From Octopus bimaculoides (Eukaryota), in NCBI RefSeq assembly GCF_001194135.2, contig NC_068995.1, forward strand, positions 51,293,243 through 51,357,242: a DNA stretch of 64,000 nt. Direction: 5' to 3'. This document shows positions 51,313-63,651 of this stretch, piece after piece. A program made the translations under genes and the position numbers. How positions within the stretch are numbered: the stretch's first letter is position 1; the number at the start of each line of letters is the position of its first letter. The notes beneath the pieces were generated by a model. The model made no database searches. It was not told the origin of the DNA and saw only the letters and a program-made list of their open reading frames with translations.

Positions 51313-52595
51313 GGGTATATACGTATATATCTATGCGTGTGCATCTTTGTGTCCATCCCCGTCACCATTCAACAACCGGTGTTGATTTGTTTACGTCTCC
51401 GTAACTTAGCGGTTCGGTAAAAAGAGACACAGATAAAGTGCCAAACTTAAAAAATGGAAAGTACAAGGGTAGATTCTTTCAACTAAAATTCCNNNNNNNN
51501 NNNNNNNNNNNNNNNNNNNNNNNNNNNNNNNNNNNNNNNNNNNNNNNNNNNNNNNNNNNNNNNNNNNNNNNNNNNNNNNNNNNNNNNNNNNNNNNNNNNN
51601 NNNNNNNNNNNNNNNNNNNNNNNNNNNNNNNNNNNNNNNNNNNNNNNNNNNNNNNNNNNNNNNNNNNNNNNNNNNNNNNNNNNNNNNNNNNNNNNNNNNN
51701 NNNNNNNNNNNNNNNNNNNNNNNNNNNNNNNNNNNNNNNNNNNNNNNNNNNNNNNNNNNNNNNNNNNNNNNNNNNNNNNNNNNNNNNNNNNNNNNNNNNN
51801 NNNNNNNNNNNNNNNNNNNNNNNNNNNNNNNNNNNNNNNNNNNNNNNNNNNNNNNNNNNNNNNNNNNNNNNNNNNNNNNNNNNNNNNNNNNNNNNNNNNN
51901 NNNNNNNNNNNNNNNNNNNNNNNNNNNNNNNNNNNNNNNNNNNNNNNNNNNNNNNNNNNNNNNNNNNNNNNNNNNNNNNNNNNNNNNNNNNNNNNNNNNN
52001 NNNNNNNNNNNNNNNNNNNNNNNNNNNNNNNNNNNNNNNNNNNNNNNNNNNNNNNNNNNNNNNNNNNNNNNNNNNNNNNNNNNNNNNNNNNNNNNNNNNN
52101 NNNNNNNNNNNNNNNNNNNNNNNNNNNNNNNNNNNNNNNNNNNNNNNNNNNNNNNNNNNNNNNNNNNNNNNNNNNNNNNNNNNNNNNNNNNNNNNNNNNN
52201 NNNNNNNNNNNNNNNNNNNNNNNNNNNNNNNNNNNNNNNNNNNNNNNNNNNNNNNNNNNNNNNNNNNNNNNNNNNNNNNNNNNNNNNNNNNNNNNNNNNN
52301 NNNNNNNNNNNNNNNNNNNNNNNNNNNNNNNNNNNNNNNNNNNNNNNNNNNNNNNNNNNNNNNNNNNNNNNNNNNNNNNNNNNNNNNNNNNNNNNNNNNN
52401 NNNNNNNNNNNNNNNNNNNNNNNNNNNNNNNNNNNNNNNNNNNNNNNNNNNNNNNNNNNNNNNNNNNNNNNNNNNNNNNNNNGGCTCCAGAACTGAGGGG
52501 ATATTAATCCGAGCCAGGGCCCGCTTATGTTTGCATATTCAATTCGCCGTGGTCCTGTAATAACAACGGTTATTACAATAATTCTTTCGAATTAA

Positions 52596-53245
52596 GGCGG
52601 TGAGCTGGCAGAAACGTTAGCACGCCGGGCGAAATGCTTAGCGGCATTTCGTCTGTCTTTACGTTCTGAGTTCAAATTCCACCGAGGTCGACTTTGCCTC
52701 TCGTCCTTTCGGGGTCGATTAAATAAGTACCAGTTACGCACTGGGCCGATATAATCGAATTAATCCGTTTGTCTGCTCTTGTTTGTCCCCTCTATGTTTA
52801 GCCCCTTGTGGGCAATAAAGAAATAAGAAACGTTAGCATGCTGGGCGAAATTCTTAAGCGGTATTTCGTCTGTCTTTACGATCAGTGTTCAAATTCCACC
52901 GAGGTCGACTTTGCCTTTCATCCTTTCAGGGTCGATAAATTAAGTACTAGTTGCGTACTGGGGTCGACCTAATCGACTGACCCCCTCCCCCTAAATTTCG
53001 GGCCTTGTGCCTAGAGTAGAAAAGAATAATTCTTTCGAATTTTGACACAAAGCCAATAGTTTTGAGGGTAAAGGTGGAGAAAGTCGATTGCGTTGACCCC
53101 AGTACTTGACTGGTACTTTATTTTATCAAATCCGAAAGGATGAAAAGCTAAGCTGACCTCGGTGGGGTTTGAACTCTGAACGCAATGTGTCGGAAAAAAT
53201 GCCGCTGAGCATTTTGTCCGACGCGCGAACGACTCTGCCAGATTG
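52596..53245. mobile_element. Cluster of family B SINEs: B2 (+), 5'-truncated B1 (+), then a B copy (-)
   Basis: ggcggtgagctggcagaaacgttagcacgccgggcg... starts at 52596; a second copy begins at agaaacgttagc near 52826; an inverted copy follows at 53050-53245. Confidence 0.85.
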
Positions 53246-53280
53246 ATGTATTTGTGATTTACAGTAATGATAGACATAAG

Positions 53281-53445
53281 AGAGACCTCTTACACGGTCG
53301 CTCGACCTGTTGAAAATAGCAGCCAGATCTCCCTCTAATTACCAACCCACTGCCTTTATAGAACAAAAAACACGTTGGATAATGCATGTCTGAAAAGAAA
53401 TGATGGATGGTCACGGTTGGAATGTCTTTGAGCGTAGGTAAAATA
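53281..53445 (+). repeat. Old diverged interspersed repeat (family E)
   Basis: Blocks ggtcgctcgac..ctagaa..tagcagccaaatctccctcaaattaca...ggtcacggctggaatgtcttt recur, diverged, at about 14480, 31440(-), 38000(-), 40030(-), 45840, 48020, 53700, 55400 and 63280. Confidence 0.6.
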
Positions 53446-53508
53446 TGCCCGATTAGAGCGCAACTGCGACTAAACTGAAACCAACCTCATACATACATAC
53501 ATACACAT

Positions 53509-53546
<38 letters not shown>

Positions 53547-53562
53547 CATGTGTATATATATA

Positions 53563-53613
<51 letters not shown>

Positions 53614-55674
53614 ATATATACAATGTGTATGTATGTGAGTTTGTGTCATATGTGTATCTATGCGTGTACAAATTATATACAAATTATATGTAAATACACA
53701 CCATGGCGAGAGGAGACTACATGGTTGTTGAACGTGCTAGAAGCAGCTGCATGAAACTCCCTCAAATAAGACCAATCTGTCTTAAAGTCTTAAATATAAG
53801 AACGGAATATTCGATATTGTACTCATAAATACAGTATTTCTTTTAGGGATACATCAAAAATAAGAATGAAAAACTAAAACGTATGGTCACAGCTGGAACG
53901 GTTTCGGTCATAGATATGTTGATGGATCAGAGCTGACGCGCGCTTATACAAAACAGTGAATAACAACATGTACATACTTGATAATAATAATGGTGTTTTT
54001 TGTTTTCCCCAGGGGTAGAAATGAGTGGAACATCACAAAAACAGCCTATAAATTGTGTACGGGTTCACACACACACACAAAAGAAGAAGAAGAAGAAAAT
54101 AAACACGAGGGGAAAGAAAAGGAAAAGATGGTGGGAAAATAATAATAATAAGATTTACTAACCCTTTCGACGGCACTCCTCTTATATGTTGATATTTTAC
54201 GAGTGAAAGTGTTTTTAAAAAAACCCGACAGACGACAACATACGTTTAGTCCTACCTTGTCTTCGTAGGAACTTCAAAGAAATAGCAGGTATGTTTGTTG
54301 CGTGTTGTGTGCAACCAGTGGAGAGAGAAAAAGAAAGAGAGAAAGAGAGAGAGAGAGAGAGAGAGTGTGGGTAGTAATACTACTGGCTTCTCCAAGGAGC
54401 ACGACAGTGTTATGGAAAGATAGTAATTGTAGCAGTCAAATCTACCAAACAACGCCGACTGTATGTCTTCGACGAACCTGTTTACTAATATCGATTCTTA
54501 GTTATCCATTATCTGTTACGTGCAACTCCCACTTCGCTCTTTTCCTCACAATCTTTCACTCTCTTTCTTTCTCTCACTCTCATAAATACGCACCTTTTTC
54601 ATTTACTGTCTTCTTCATCTAATTTCCTCATCATCTCTCCCCTTTGTCTACCTATCTATCTATTCGTTTTATTTCTCTCTATATATTCCTAAATTGTCTC
54701 TGCTTCCTCCTCTTCTCATCACTGTTTCTACTTCGATTTCCCTATCACCAACCCATCTTTTTCTTTCGCATCATTGGTCCTTTTCTCCTCCTCCTCCTCC
54801 TCCTCCTCCTCCTCATCACCACCACCACCACACTCAGTTCTTGCTTTTTAAAAATTCTGTCTGTCGTCCCTTCATCATATTTTTATTCGAGCTCGCTTTC
54901 CCCCCTAAAACTCATCTTTCATCCTACCTCCTCCTCCTCTTCTTCTGGTACTTTACCTCCTCTTTCGTCACTCATCGTTCTCCTCCCACGTCCTATCATC
55001 ATTTTCCCATTTCCCATCCAATACAGATCTCTCTCCATCTCTACACTCCCCCTCTCTCTCTTTCTTACTATCATTTACTCTCCCTTCTGTCCACAGTGCA
55101 CACACAACTATAACTCCCCCTCTATAAACCCCTATTCATCTCTCTCTCTCTCTCACCATAATTTACTCTCCCCTCTTTTTCTCTTCATCCTAAACACAGC
55201 TCCCTCTCTTTCTATTTCTCCATATCTAAACGCCTACACACATCTCTCTCTCTCTCTCTCTTTGTCTTTCACACACACACACACATGATATTACTCACTC
55301 TTCCTCGCTCTTTTCCAGTGTGTCCTATTCTGAGTTCATTTTGTATCACTAACACACACACACACTACATCCCCTTTACCACTTTCTCATGGAGTCTTCG
55401 AATGTTTGCATAATTTGCTAGAAAAAGATGTCAAATCTCCTTCAAATTACACAGTCTACCGTCTTAAAAAACACATTAGATATTACACATCTCGTCCCCC
55501 GCACCACACACAAAAGATGAGCTGGTCACGGCTCGAATGTCTTTGACTCTAAGTACGCTTGTGATAAACAACAGTTTGGCGAAGGTAAAGAATACGCACA
55601 CCCGGTGGTTAGGGTTTAGGGTTAGTTTTTGGGCTAAGGTTACGCCGAAAACGGGTGGTATTCTTTACCGCCGC

Positions 55675-55705
<31 letters not shown>

Positions 55706-57049
55706 ATCTCGTCTCATCTCCATCTTCCCTCTCAATCGCTCCATCCTATCCATCTCCCTTCTTGTTCCTTTCTTCCCACTGATTTTCCTCTTCAGTTCAA
55801 ACCTTTGGCTTTCTATCTAAATACATCTCTGCCCTCATTCATTTCTCTCTCATCGGGCTCCTCCCTCTCTTTATAAACCCTTCTTATCTCCCTCACTCTA
55901 ACTACCCCTCCTACTCTATCTCTGCCTCTTATTTCTCTCTAATACTTTCTTTATTTCATATTTTCCCTTCTCAACTCCTCCTCTCTCTTTCTCGTTTTTC
56001 TGTCTTTAATTCTCTCTTTCTTTGTCAATGTCTCTAACTCTCGTTTCTCTGTCTGTCTGTCTGTTTCTCTCTCTCTCTCTCCACTCTTTCTTTTTTCACT
56101 GTCACCTTTATATATACAACTGCACGTATACTGTTTCGTTGTCATAGAAACTACAAATGGAACTGATTGAATAAATGCATATTGATATGACGTGAGATAT
56201 ACATATATAGAGATAGAGAGAGAGAGAGAGACAGACGGACAGACAGAGAGGGAATACGTGTTGGATGACGTCAAAACCGCGCCTTTCTCAGTTACGGTGT
56301 ACATAATGCCTGTACCTGTTACTGCTGCTGCTGCTGGAATTGTCAGTCGTTACCGCTATTGCAGTTTTCTTACTATTATAACAACATGGACAGTGGATTG
56401 GAAGAACCCGTCAAGCATGGGACAACAATCTTTTTCGGTTGTTTGGTCCGTTTCTTTACGTTCAGCGCTCAAATCCCACTTACGGTCGGTTTAGTATTTC
56501 ACCCTTTCAGAATCGACTAAATCAAATACCTGCCGGATAAGCCTAGATAAGGCAAAGTTGAGAAGCCAATTACTGGAAGCTGAGTGCATCGGTCCCAAAT
56601 GGAATAATTTACAGGGACTGGATTAGTCTGGCAGCAGTCGTCAGGACAATCTTCAACAGCTTGTGGTGGTCTCATTAAAGAGAGAAATTAGAGGAGAGTC
56701 CTTTAATCATAGCAAGGGTATAGTGAGTGAAAATGCTTATCTAGGGTTGAATTTTAGTAGGTAGATTCGAAGAGAGTATTATGAAAGGATTTGCCTTTGA
56801 CATGTTAAAGACAAAATAACGTTCTACTTCTTATTTGTTGCTGAATATGATGTTTATATTGTTTGAGATAAAGCATATCCTCCAAGATACGAGTGAGTAC
56901 AAGTCGTTTAACAGCCCTATTGAGTAGAGGCGCGACTTGTCAATAGATCCACAATCTGGCTTTCGACGGACCTCGATGGGAACGTCCTATCCAATTTCAA
57001 GCAGAAGCGTACGTTTTTCGGTGGATCTTTATGCAACAACGCAGAGGAA

Positions 57050-57370
57050 GCTTTGATTGGAGATGGTGAACTACCTCGACCATCATCTGCGATTCTCGCT
57101 AGAAAGAGTGATGTGCTGTGAAAAGCTGGCAACGGCAACTGAAATACAGAAGATGGATGTGCGAGGGGGAAAATCATCGTGTTTGGTTAGAGTGCTGGTA
57201 AAAATATTGGAATTTGTCCTGCATACTATTCCAAACCTGTGCGATTTCCAACAGATCTAGTCACTCTATTCGATTAACATGTCAATAGTTGATAGTAAAT
57301 CTGGCTTTGGTAAGATTCAGGCCAACTTAGATTAAGCTAAAGGTTTTGACAGGGTCGAGCATAACTGTAA
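57050..57370 (+). pseudogene. Decayed Tx1/L1-clade reverse transcriptase fragment
   Basis: caaacctgtgcgatttccaacagatct = QTCAISNRS (cf. QTCAVPGRSI); ttagattaagctaaaggttttgacagggtcgagcat = LD*AKGFDRVEH (cf. LDQEKAFDRVEH). Confidence 0.55.
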
Positions 57371-57827
57371 TTCATTATTGCCTGACCGTTGAGACGGCTT
57401 TTGATGAGTAAAAGATCCACTTGCTACCAACAACCACTGCGCAGAGGGCACGGAATAATGTATCGGTGTAGTAATCTTTAGTCTGCATGTTTTAATCATA
57501 GTTAGTCTCTCTATTGGGTCAAGTGTTCAACAAAAGTGAAAGTCAGGCATCTGGAATGTTATCAAACGCACACAACTCCGCCAATCGTCCCTTTGCCTTC
57601 ATTGTAGTACAATGTGGGAAGATTGTGAATGGAGAAGTCACAAGAAATAACATGTGGTCAGGAGGAATCGGTGTAGACTTAGAAGACATAACGAAACCAG
57701 AAAATTACAAGGTTATTCCAATGCTGTGCCTCGTCGTCGGTGCAGAAATTGAACTAAGCTTAGCTGTTTATACGTGTGGAAGTAAGAACCACATGAAGAC
57801 AGAGCTCGAGGATCTGCGTGTGTGAGT

Positions 57828-57882
<55 letters not shown>

Positions 57883-58531
57883 CACACACACATATATGTG
57901 TGTGTGTAATTGTGTCTGTGTTTGTCCCCCAACATCGCTTGACAACCGATGTTGATGTGTTTACGTCCCCGTAACGTAGCGGTTCGGCAAAAGACACCGA
58001 TAGAATATGTACTAGGATTACAGAGAATAAGTCCTGGGGTCGATTTGCTCGACTAAAAGCGGTGCTCCAGCATGGCCGCAATCAAATGACTGGAAGAAGT
58101 AAAAGAATAAAGGAACCATTGAACATATTCTTCCGACATAGCATCTCCAAAACTTACAATTAGCCGGATATGTGTTTCCTTGCTCTTAGAAGAATGGTTG
58201 TGCAGCCGGAGGAGGTGACTTGGTGGTCGTTTCTTGCGGGTCGAACGAACACGCAAAGGTTTCTTCGCTGGCCGAACTAGTCACGGTGGTGGTCGGAGGT
58301 GGATGAAAACGGTGAAGATGATGATGGTGGTGGCGGTTACGATGTTGTTTCAATGACGTTTTCAACAATGATAAATGAGGAAAAAATGCGTGGGTAGATA
58401 GCGTGGGCGTGACTTTCAGCTCGGACAGTTCCATATATATTTATACCAATATGGTCGCACTCGTGCACTTGCACTCTTCTTCTCATATGCATATAAATAC
58501 ACACACACATACACATAATTACACACACATA

Positions 58532-58778
58532 TTAGGTTGATGCATAATTATTGCGGCTTTTTTTCAATAAATTTTATTCAACGAAAACAATAACAACATG
58601 TAACAAAAACATCTTTAAATGATTATTCCGGAGCATATTCACCATCTACTTCAATTACCGCTTCCCATTTGCTTGGCAGACGGTCAGACCGTCATTTAAA
58701 GATGTTTTTGTTAAATATTGTTATTGTTTTTGTTGAATAGAATTTGTTGAGAAAAAGCCGCAATAATTCTGCACCAAC

Positions 58779-58782
<4 letters not shown>
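58532..58782. mobile_element. Mariner fold-back MITE (two inverted 91-bp right ends around the transposase C-terminus)
   Basis: TA|ttaggttgatgcataattattgcggc ... gccgcaataattctgcaccaacctaa|TA. The spacer on the - strand reads DRLPSKWEAVIEVDGEYAPE-TAA. Confidence 0.85.
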
Positions 58783-58831
<49 letters not shown>

Positions 58832-59979
58832 ACTTGGGGATGGTCATATTGCCAGTTTAGCCAATATATATATAATGTATGTATGTATGTATGTATACAT
58901 ACATACACACATATATATATTGACACACAAATACGCGCGCGCGCATACACAATCGTTTGAATCGTTGAAGCGTCGGGTGAATAACCTTGTATTATTCGTT
59001 TTGGATCTCTGCGCTCTGGGTTCAAATACTGTCGAGGTCAACGTATCTTTTCCTCCTTTTGGGGTCGATAAATAAAGTACCAGTTCTGTACTGGAATAAG
59101 TGAGTTCACACTTCCTTTTCTTTTTCATTCTTATTTGTTTCTTTTTTAATGTCGGTCTCTCAAGTCTCTCTATTTCATGGCATCACGACTCCATTAAGAG
59201 ATGAGCGTCTGAGGTAAGGCAATATGTACACACGCACACACATACATACACACACACACACTCACGCGCGCGCACTCACACACACACACGACGCACTTCT
59301 ACGCAGTTTAGAAATAAGTGTACACATCTTTATAAGAAGTTTGCTTTCCAAACCACATGGTTCCGTCTCACTGAGTGGCACCTGGAGCAAGTGTTTTATA
59401 CTTGGGCCGACCAAAGTGAGCGGATTTGGTAGACGGTAACTGGAAGAAGCCCAATATATATATATATATATATATATAAACAATATCGAATGTGCGTACA
59501 CAAGGTACGTGTTTTGCTAGTTCGTGGGTCGGCTGCGCTTATAGGCGTAAGAGAATATGCACATACATTGTTGTACGCATGTGCAGACAGTGTTGCAAAT
59601 GAATAAACGTTTAGAGCAGTTCAAATATGTTTGGGACATATTTAACCCCTAGAAAAACTGAATTCACTGCTGTTTGTTGTTGAGAAGAATTCACATAAAA
59701 GCACCCAAGCCGGTGTCATGTAATGGCACTTGTGCCAATGCCACATAGAAAGCGGCCAGTACACTCTGTGAAGTGATTGGTGTAAGGAAAGGTGTCCAGC
59801 CATAGAAACCATGCCAGCATGGAAAATGGACATGTAATGATGAGGATGATGATGGTGATGATGACACACACACACAGGCATTTCAACTGTTCCAAACATT
59901 ACACCCTGCCATACACAAGAGCAAATCAATTAAAAAAAAAACAACAAACAAAATAAATACAAAAGTACAAAAATATAAA

Positions 59980-60261
59980 TCACTTTTTTTTGTTTGTTTT
60001 GTCAATTCTATCGATGATTCGTTCACCGTACAACTTCAGTGAAGGCGGCAGTTCATATTTAACTCCCATCAACATGTCAAAGGGCAGCCAAACCCTCCCT
60101 GGTCCAAGGAATTTATTACTGGGACCCGTTTGAAGCTGGTTGACTACTTTGATGCTTGCCTCACCCGGAAACAACTCCCTGCTGAATGGTTTCAGGCGAA
60201 GGTCTTCGGCTATATCGAAGCCAAGGATATCTTTGCCACACTGCTTCCGGAGTCGGGATTC
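59980..60261 (-). CDS. YqaJ-like nuclease gene, probable last coding exon (93 aa + stop)
   Basis: Polypyrimidine tract + ttacag|GAA, phase 0 matching the upstream donor. Open frame ESRLRKQCGKDILGFDIAEDLRLKPFSRELFPGEASIKVV...IDKTNKKK-TGA. The intron contains an N-gap, so a hidden exon cannot be excluded. Confidence 0.72.
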   Translation of the reverse strand, partial: ESRLRKQCGKDILGFDIAEDLRLKPFSRELFPGEASIKVVNQLQTGPSNKFLGPGRVWLPFDMLMGVKYELPPSLKLYGERIIDRIDKTNKKK

Positions 60262-60439
60262 CTGTAATGAAGAGAAGACAAAAAAAAAAGTAAGGTCTGT
60301 GATTACACACACACACACAAACACATGTATGCACATATATTTTTATTAATATTTAATGGAAGCAACAACTAAATATTAATACAAAAATATATATATACTT
60401 ATATTTTGATTTCTATTTTACCTGTTTGCATCACCATAC

Positions 60440-60482
<43 letters not shown>

Positions 60483-62119
60483 NNNNNNNNNNNNNNNNNN
60501 NNNNNNNNNNNNNNNNNNNNNNNNNNNNNNNNNNNNNNNNNNNNNNNNNNNNNNNNNNNNNNNNNNNNNNNNNNNNNNNNNNNNNNNNNNNNNNNNNNNN
60601 NNNNNNNNNNNNNNNNNNNNNNNNNNNNNNNNNNNNNNNNNNNNNNNNNNNNNNNNNNNNNNNNNNNNNNNNNNNNNNNNNNNNNNNNNNNNNNNNNNNN
60701 NNNNNNNNNNNNNNNNNNNNNNNNNNNNNNNNNNNNNNNNNNNNNNNNNNNNNNNNNNNNNNNNNNNNNNNNNNNNNNNNNNNNNNNNNNNNNNNNNNNN
60801 NNNNNNNNNNNNNNNNNNNNNNNNNNNNNNNNNNNNNNNNNNNNNNNNNNNNNNNNNNNNNNNNNNNNNNNNNNNNNNNNNNNNNNNNNNNNNNNNNNNN
60901 NNNNNNNNNNNNNNNNNNNNNNNNNNNNNNNNNNNNNNNNNNNNNNNNNNNNNNNNNNNNNNNNNNNNNNNNNNNNNNNNNNNNNNNNNNNNNNNNNNNN
61001 NNNNNNNNNNNNNNNNNNNNNNNNNNNNNNNNNNNNNNNNNNNNNNNNNNNNNNNNNNNNNNNNNNNNNNNNNNNNNNNNNNNNNNNNNNNNNNNNNNNN
61101 NNNNNNNNNNNNNNNNNNNNNNNNNNNNNNNNNNNNNNNNNNNNNNNNNNNNNNNNNNNNNNNNNNNNNNNNCAAAGAAATCGATAGAATAAGTACTAGG
61201 CTTTTAAAGAATAAGTACTGGGGTCAATTCGTTCAGCTAAAAATATTCAAGGCGGTGCCCCAGTATGGCCGCAGTCTAATGCATGAAACAAATAAAAGAT
61301 ATCAGCGTGGAGCAACATCCAGCAGTGAAACAGAAATAGTGGTACGAATGCCTGACTGAATTATCTCCCTTCCACGTCAATCACTATTTTGTAAGAAACC
61401 AATGAAATTAGTAGAAATATGGTGGTCGAAATAAACAGCTTCATCATCGTTGTTTAACGTCTGCTTTCCATGCTGGCATGGGTTGGATGGTTTGACTGAG
61501 AACTGGCAAGCCAGGAGACTGCACCAAGCTCCAATCGGATCTGGCAAAGTTTCTACAGCTGGATGCCCTTCCTAACGTCAACCACTCTGAGAGTGTAGTG
61601 GGTGCTTTTTACGTGCCACTAGCACAGGGGTCAGTCTGGTGACACTGGCATCGACCATGCTCGAATGGTGCTTTTTACGTGCCTCTGGCATGGGAGCCAG
61701 TCAAGGGGCACTGATGCAGTACCAGGCAGTGGCTTTCACCAACAGTCAGTTAATATAAACATTTGGTTAACATCAGCAGTCAATTACCATGAACAGTTGG
61801 TTAACAAGTAAGTTAACATAAATAATGAACATATACAGCTAGATAATACCAATAATCCTTTCTACCATAGGCACAAGGCCTGGAATTGTGAGGGAGGGGG
61901 CCAGTAGATTACATCGACCCCAGTACATAACTGGTAATTATCTTATCAACCTCAAAAAGATAAAAGGTAAAGTTGACTTCAGTGGAATTTGAACTCAGAA
62001 TGTGAAGACACGAAATATTACTAAGTATTTCGCCCAGCATGCAAACGATTCTGCCAGAACATTCGTTTAATAACAATTACATGAGGAAATCAATTTTATG
62101 ATAAAAATTTGCAACAAAC

Positions 62120-62719
62120 CTTTAAAACTTGACAAAAAGCTATCAATTCCATAGAGATATATTGCCAATATTCACGGCAGAAGTGAACTCGTTTTAGCAT
62201 AATCTCTTTCGTTTTTACACAAACTGCCACAAAGTCACACCATTGCATTCGACAGATTGCCATTTGTCCTTGAATCTGGGCCATATATGCTCGTGGAATG
62301 CCATGGATGAGATTATCTCCAGAGTACAGTTTATAGATGGGGGCTTTGAATTCAGCAAGTCCAATAGTCCAGTTCAACCCACTTCCTTCACAAACCAAAG
62401 CATCAGGGGAAGCCCCAACATAACCAGCTAACAAGTCACTCTCTTGTGGAACCCAAAATCCAGTCTCATTTGTTTTACAGCCAGTTAATAGTTCGTAAGC
62501 TTCTCCAATGATTTTTTCCATTTTAATTCCATGACTCATATTTCGAGTTTGTTCATTTTCTTCTTGGTAATGCTCACTGTCAACTATTAGGGAGACAAAA
62601 AAATCATAGGGCTTGCCTCTGCCAAGACCAAGTGCTTCACCAAATTTAGAAGCTGTCAGGGTTACTTTTTTACGAGCTTCAAACCATTCTGGAGTTCTTT
62701 GCTTCACTTTAACTTCCAT
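62120..62719 (-). CDS. YqaJ-like viral recombinase / lambda-exonuclease-family PD-(D/E)xK nuclease, main coding exon
   Basis: MEVKVKQRTPEWFEARKKVTLTASKFGEALG...HGIKMEK...GASPDALV...LAEFKAP...YMAQIQGQMAICRMQWCDF shows the recognisable YqaJ motifs. Acceptor ttttcttttacag| at 62757, probable ATG at 62719, donor AAG|gtttgt at 62120 (phase 0). Confidence 0.88.
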
Positions 62720-63651
62720 CCTGGTTATTATTAATGGTATGCTTCCTAATGCTGGAGCTGTAAAAGAAAAAAACAAAAAATTAACATGCTTGCTTCAGCA
62801 AGGAATCTTAATTTAATTTTTGGGGTTTAAATTAATATAAAACGTCGGTTATTTTGAAGCCAATATAGATATAAGACCTATGCTTCTATTCCTCCTTACT
62901 GAATTTTATTATTTGTTAACTAAAGAATTTTTGCATGCAATGCCATATAACCTACATGACCGATTTTGGTGAAAACGAAAAGAAATGTAAGGGAGACAAC
63001 CCCGACACTTTAATTAAATTCCTTTGTTAAACTTAACTCATTTATTTAAAAGATTGATTTAATATTTTAAAAACGAAGTGAGGAAGGAGAGGATATTACA
63101 GTGACATCTATCCCTTCTTATCTTCTAATTGTTTTGTAAATAGATTTTATAGCTTCTTTACGTGGTCGCAAAGCTAAAGTGTTAAAACGAAATCGTTGGG
63201 CGAAAAGCGGAAGACTAACTTGGATCGGTTCCAGTTTGCAGTAGCCTATAGCTTCCTTATCTCAATCGACAAGTTAACGACGGAACATTTATGTGGTCGC
63301 TCGATCGGCTGACAATAACAGTTAAATCTCTCACAAATCAAACTCTACTCTCTTATAAAATGAAGGAAAAAAACTTTAAAAAAATGCAGGATGGTCACAA
63401 CTTAAATATTTTCGTAATAGGGTTTCTTCAGCAGAGCTAACCTTGGTTATAAAAACAACGACAGCAATTATTTAATTAATCAAGATTAATATGTGAAACA
63501 AAATAACATTCCGCGAAATATTCACGCGCAAAGTTATTAATCAACGCACGGAAACAAATTAAAAACAACAAGAAAAAAAATGGAAAACGAAAAGTCATGC
63601 ATGTCTTAATCTCAAATGTATTTGTTCTTGTATTACAATACCAAAGCTTAC

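Noticed and set aside
56264-56271. Perfect CRE (TGACGTCA) followed by a possible ATG at 56385
   Set aside because: A single 8-mer is expected by chance at this scale, and the downstream ORF runs into a degenerate family B SINE.
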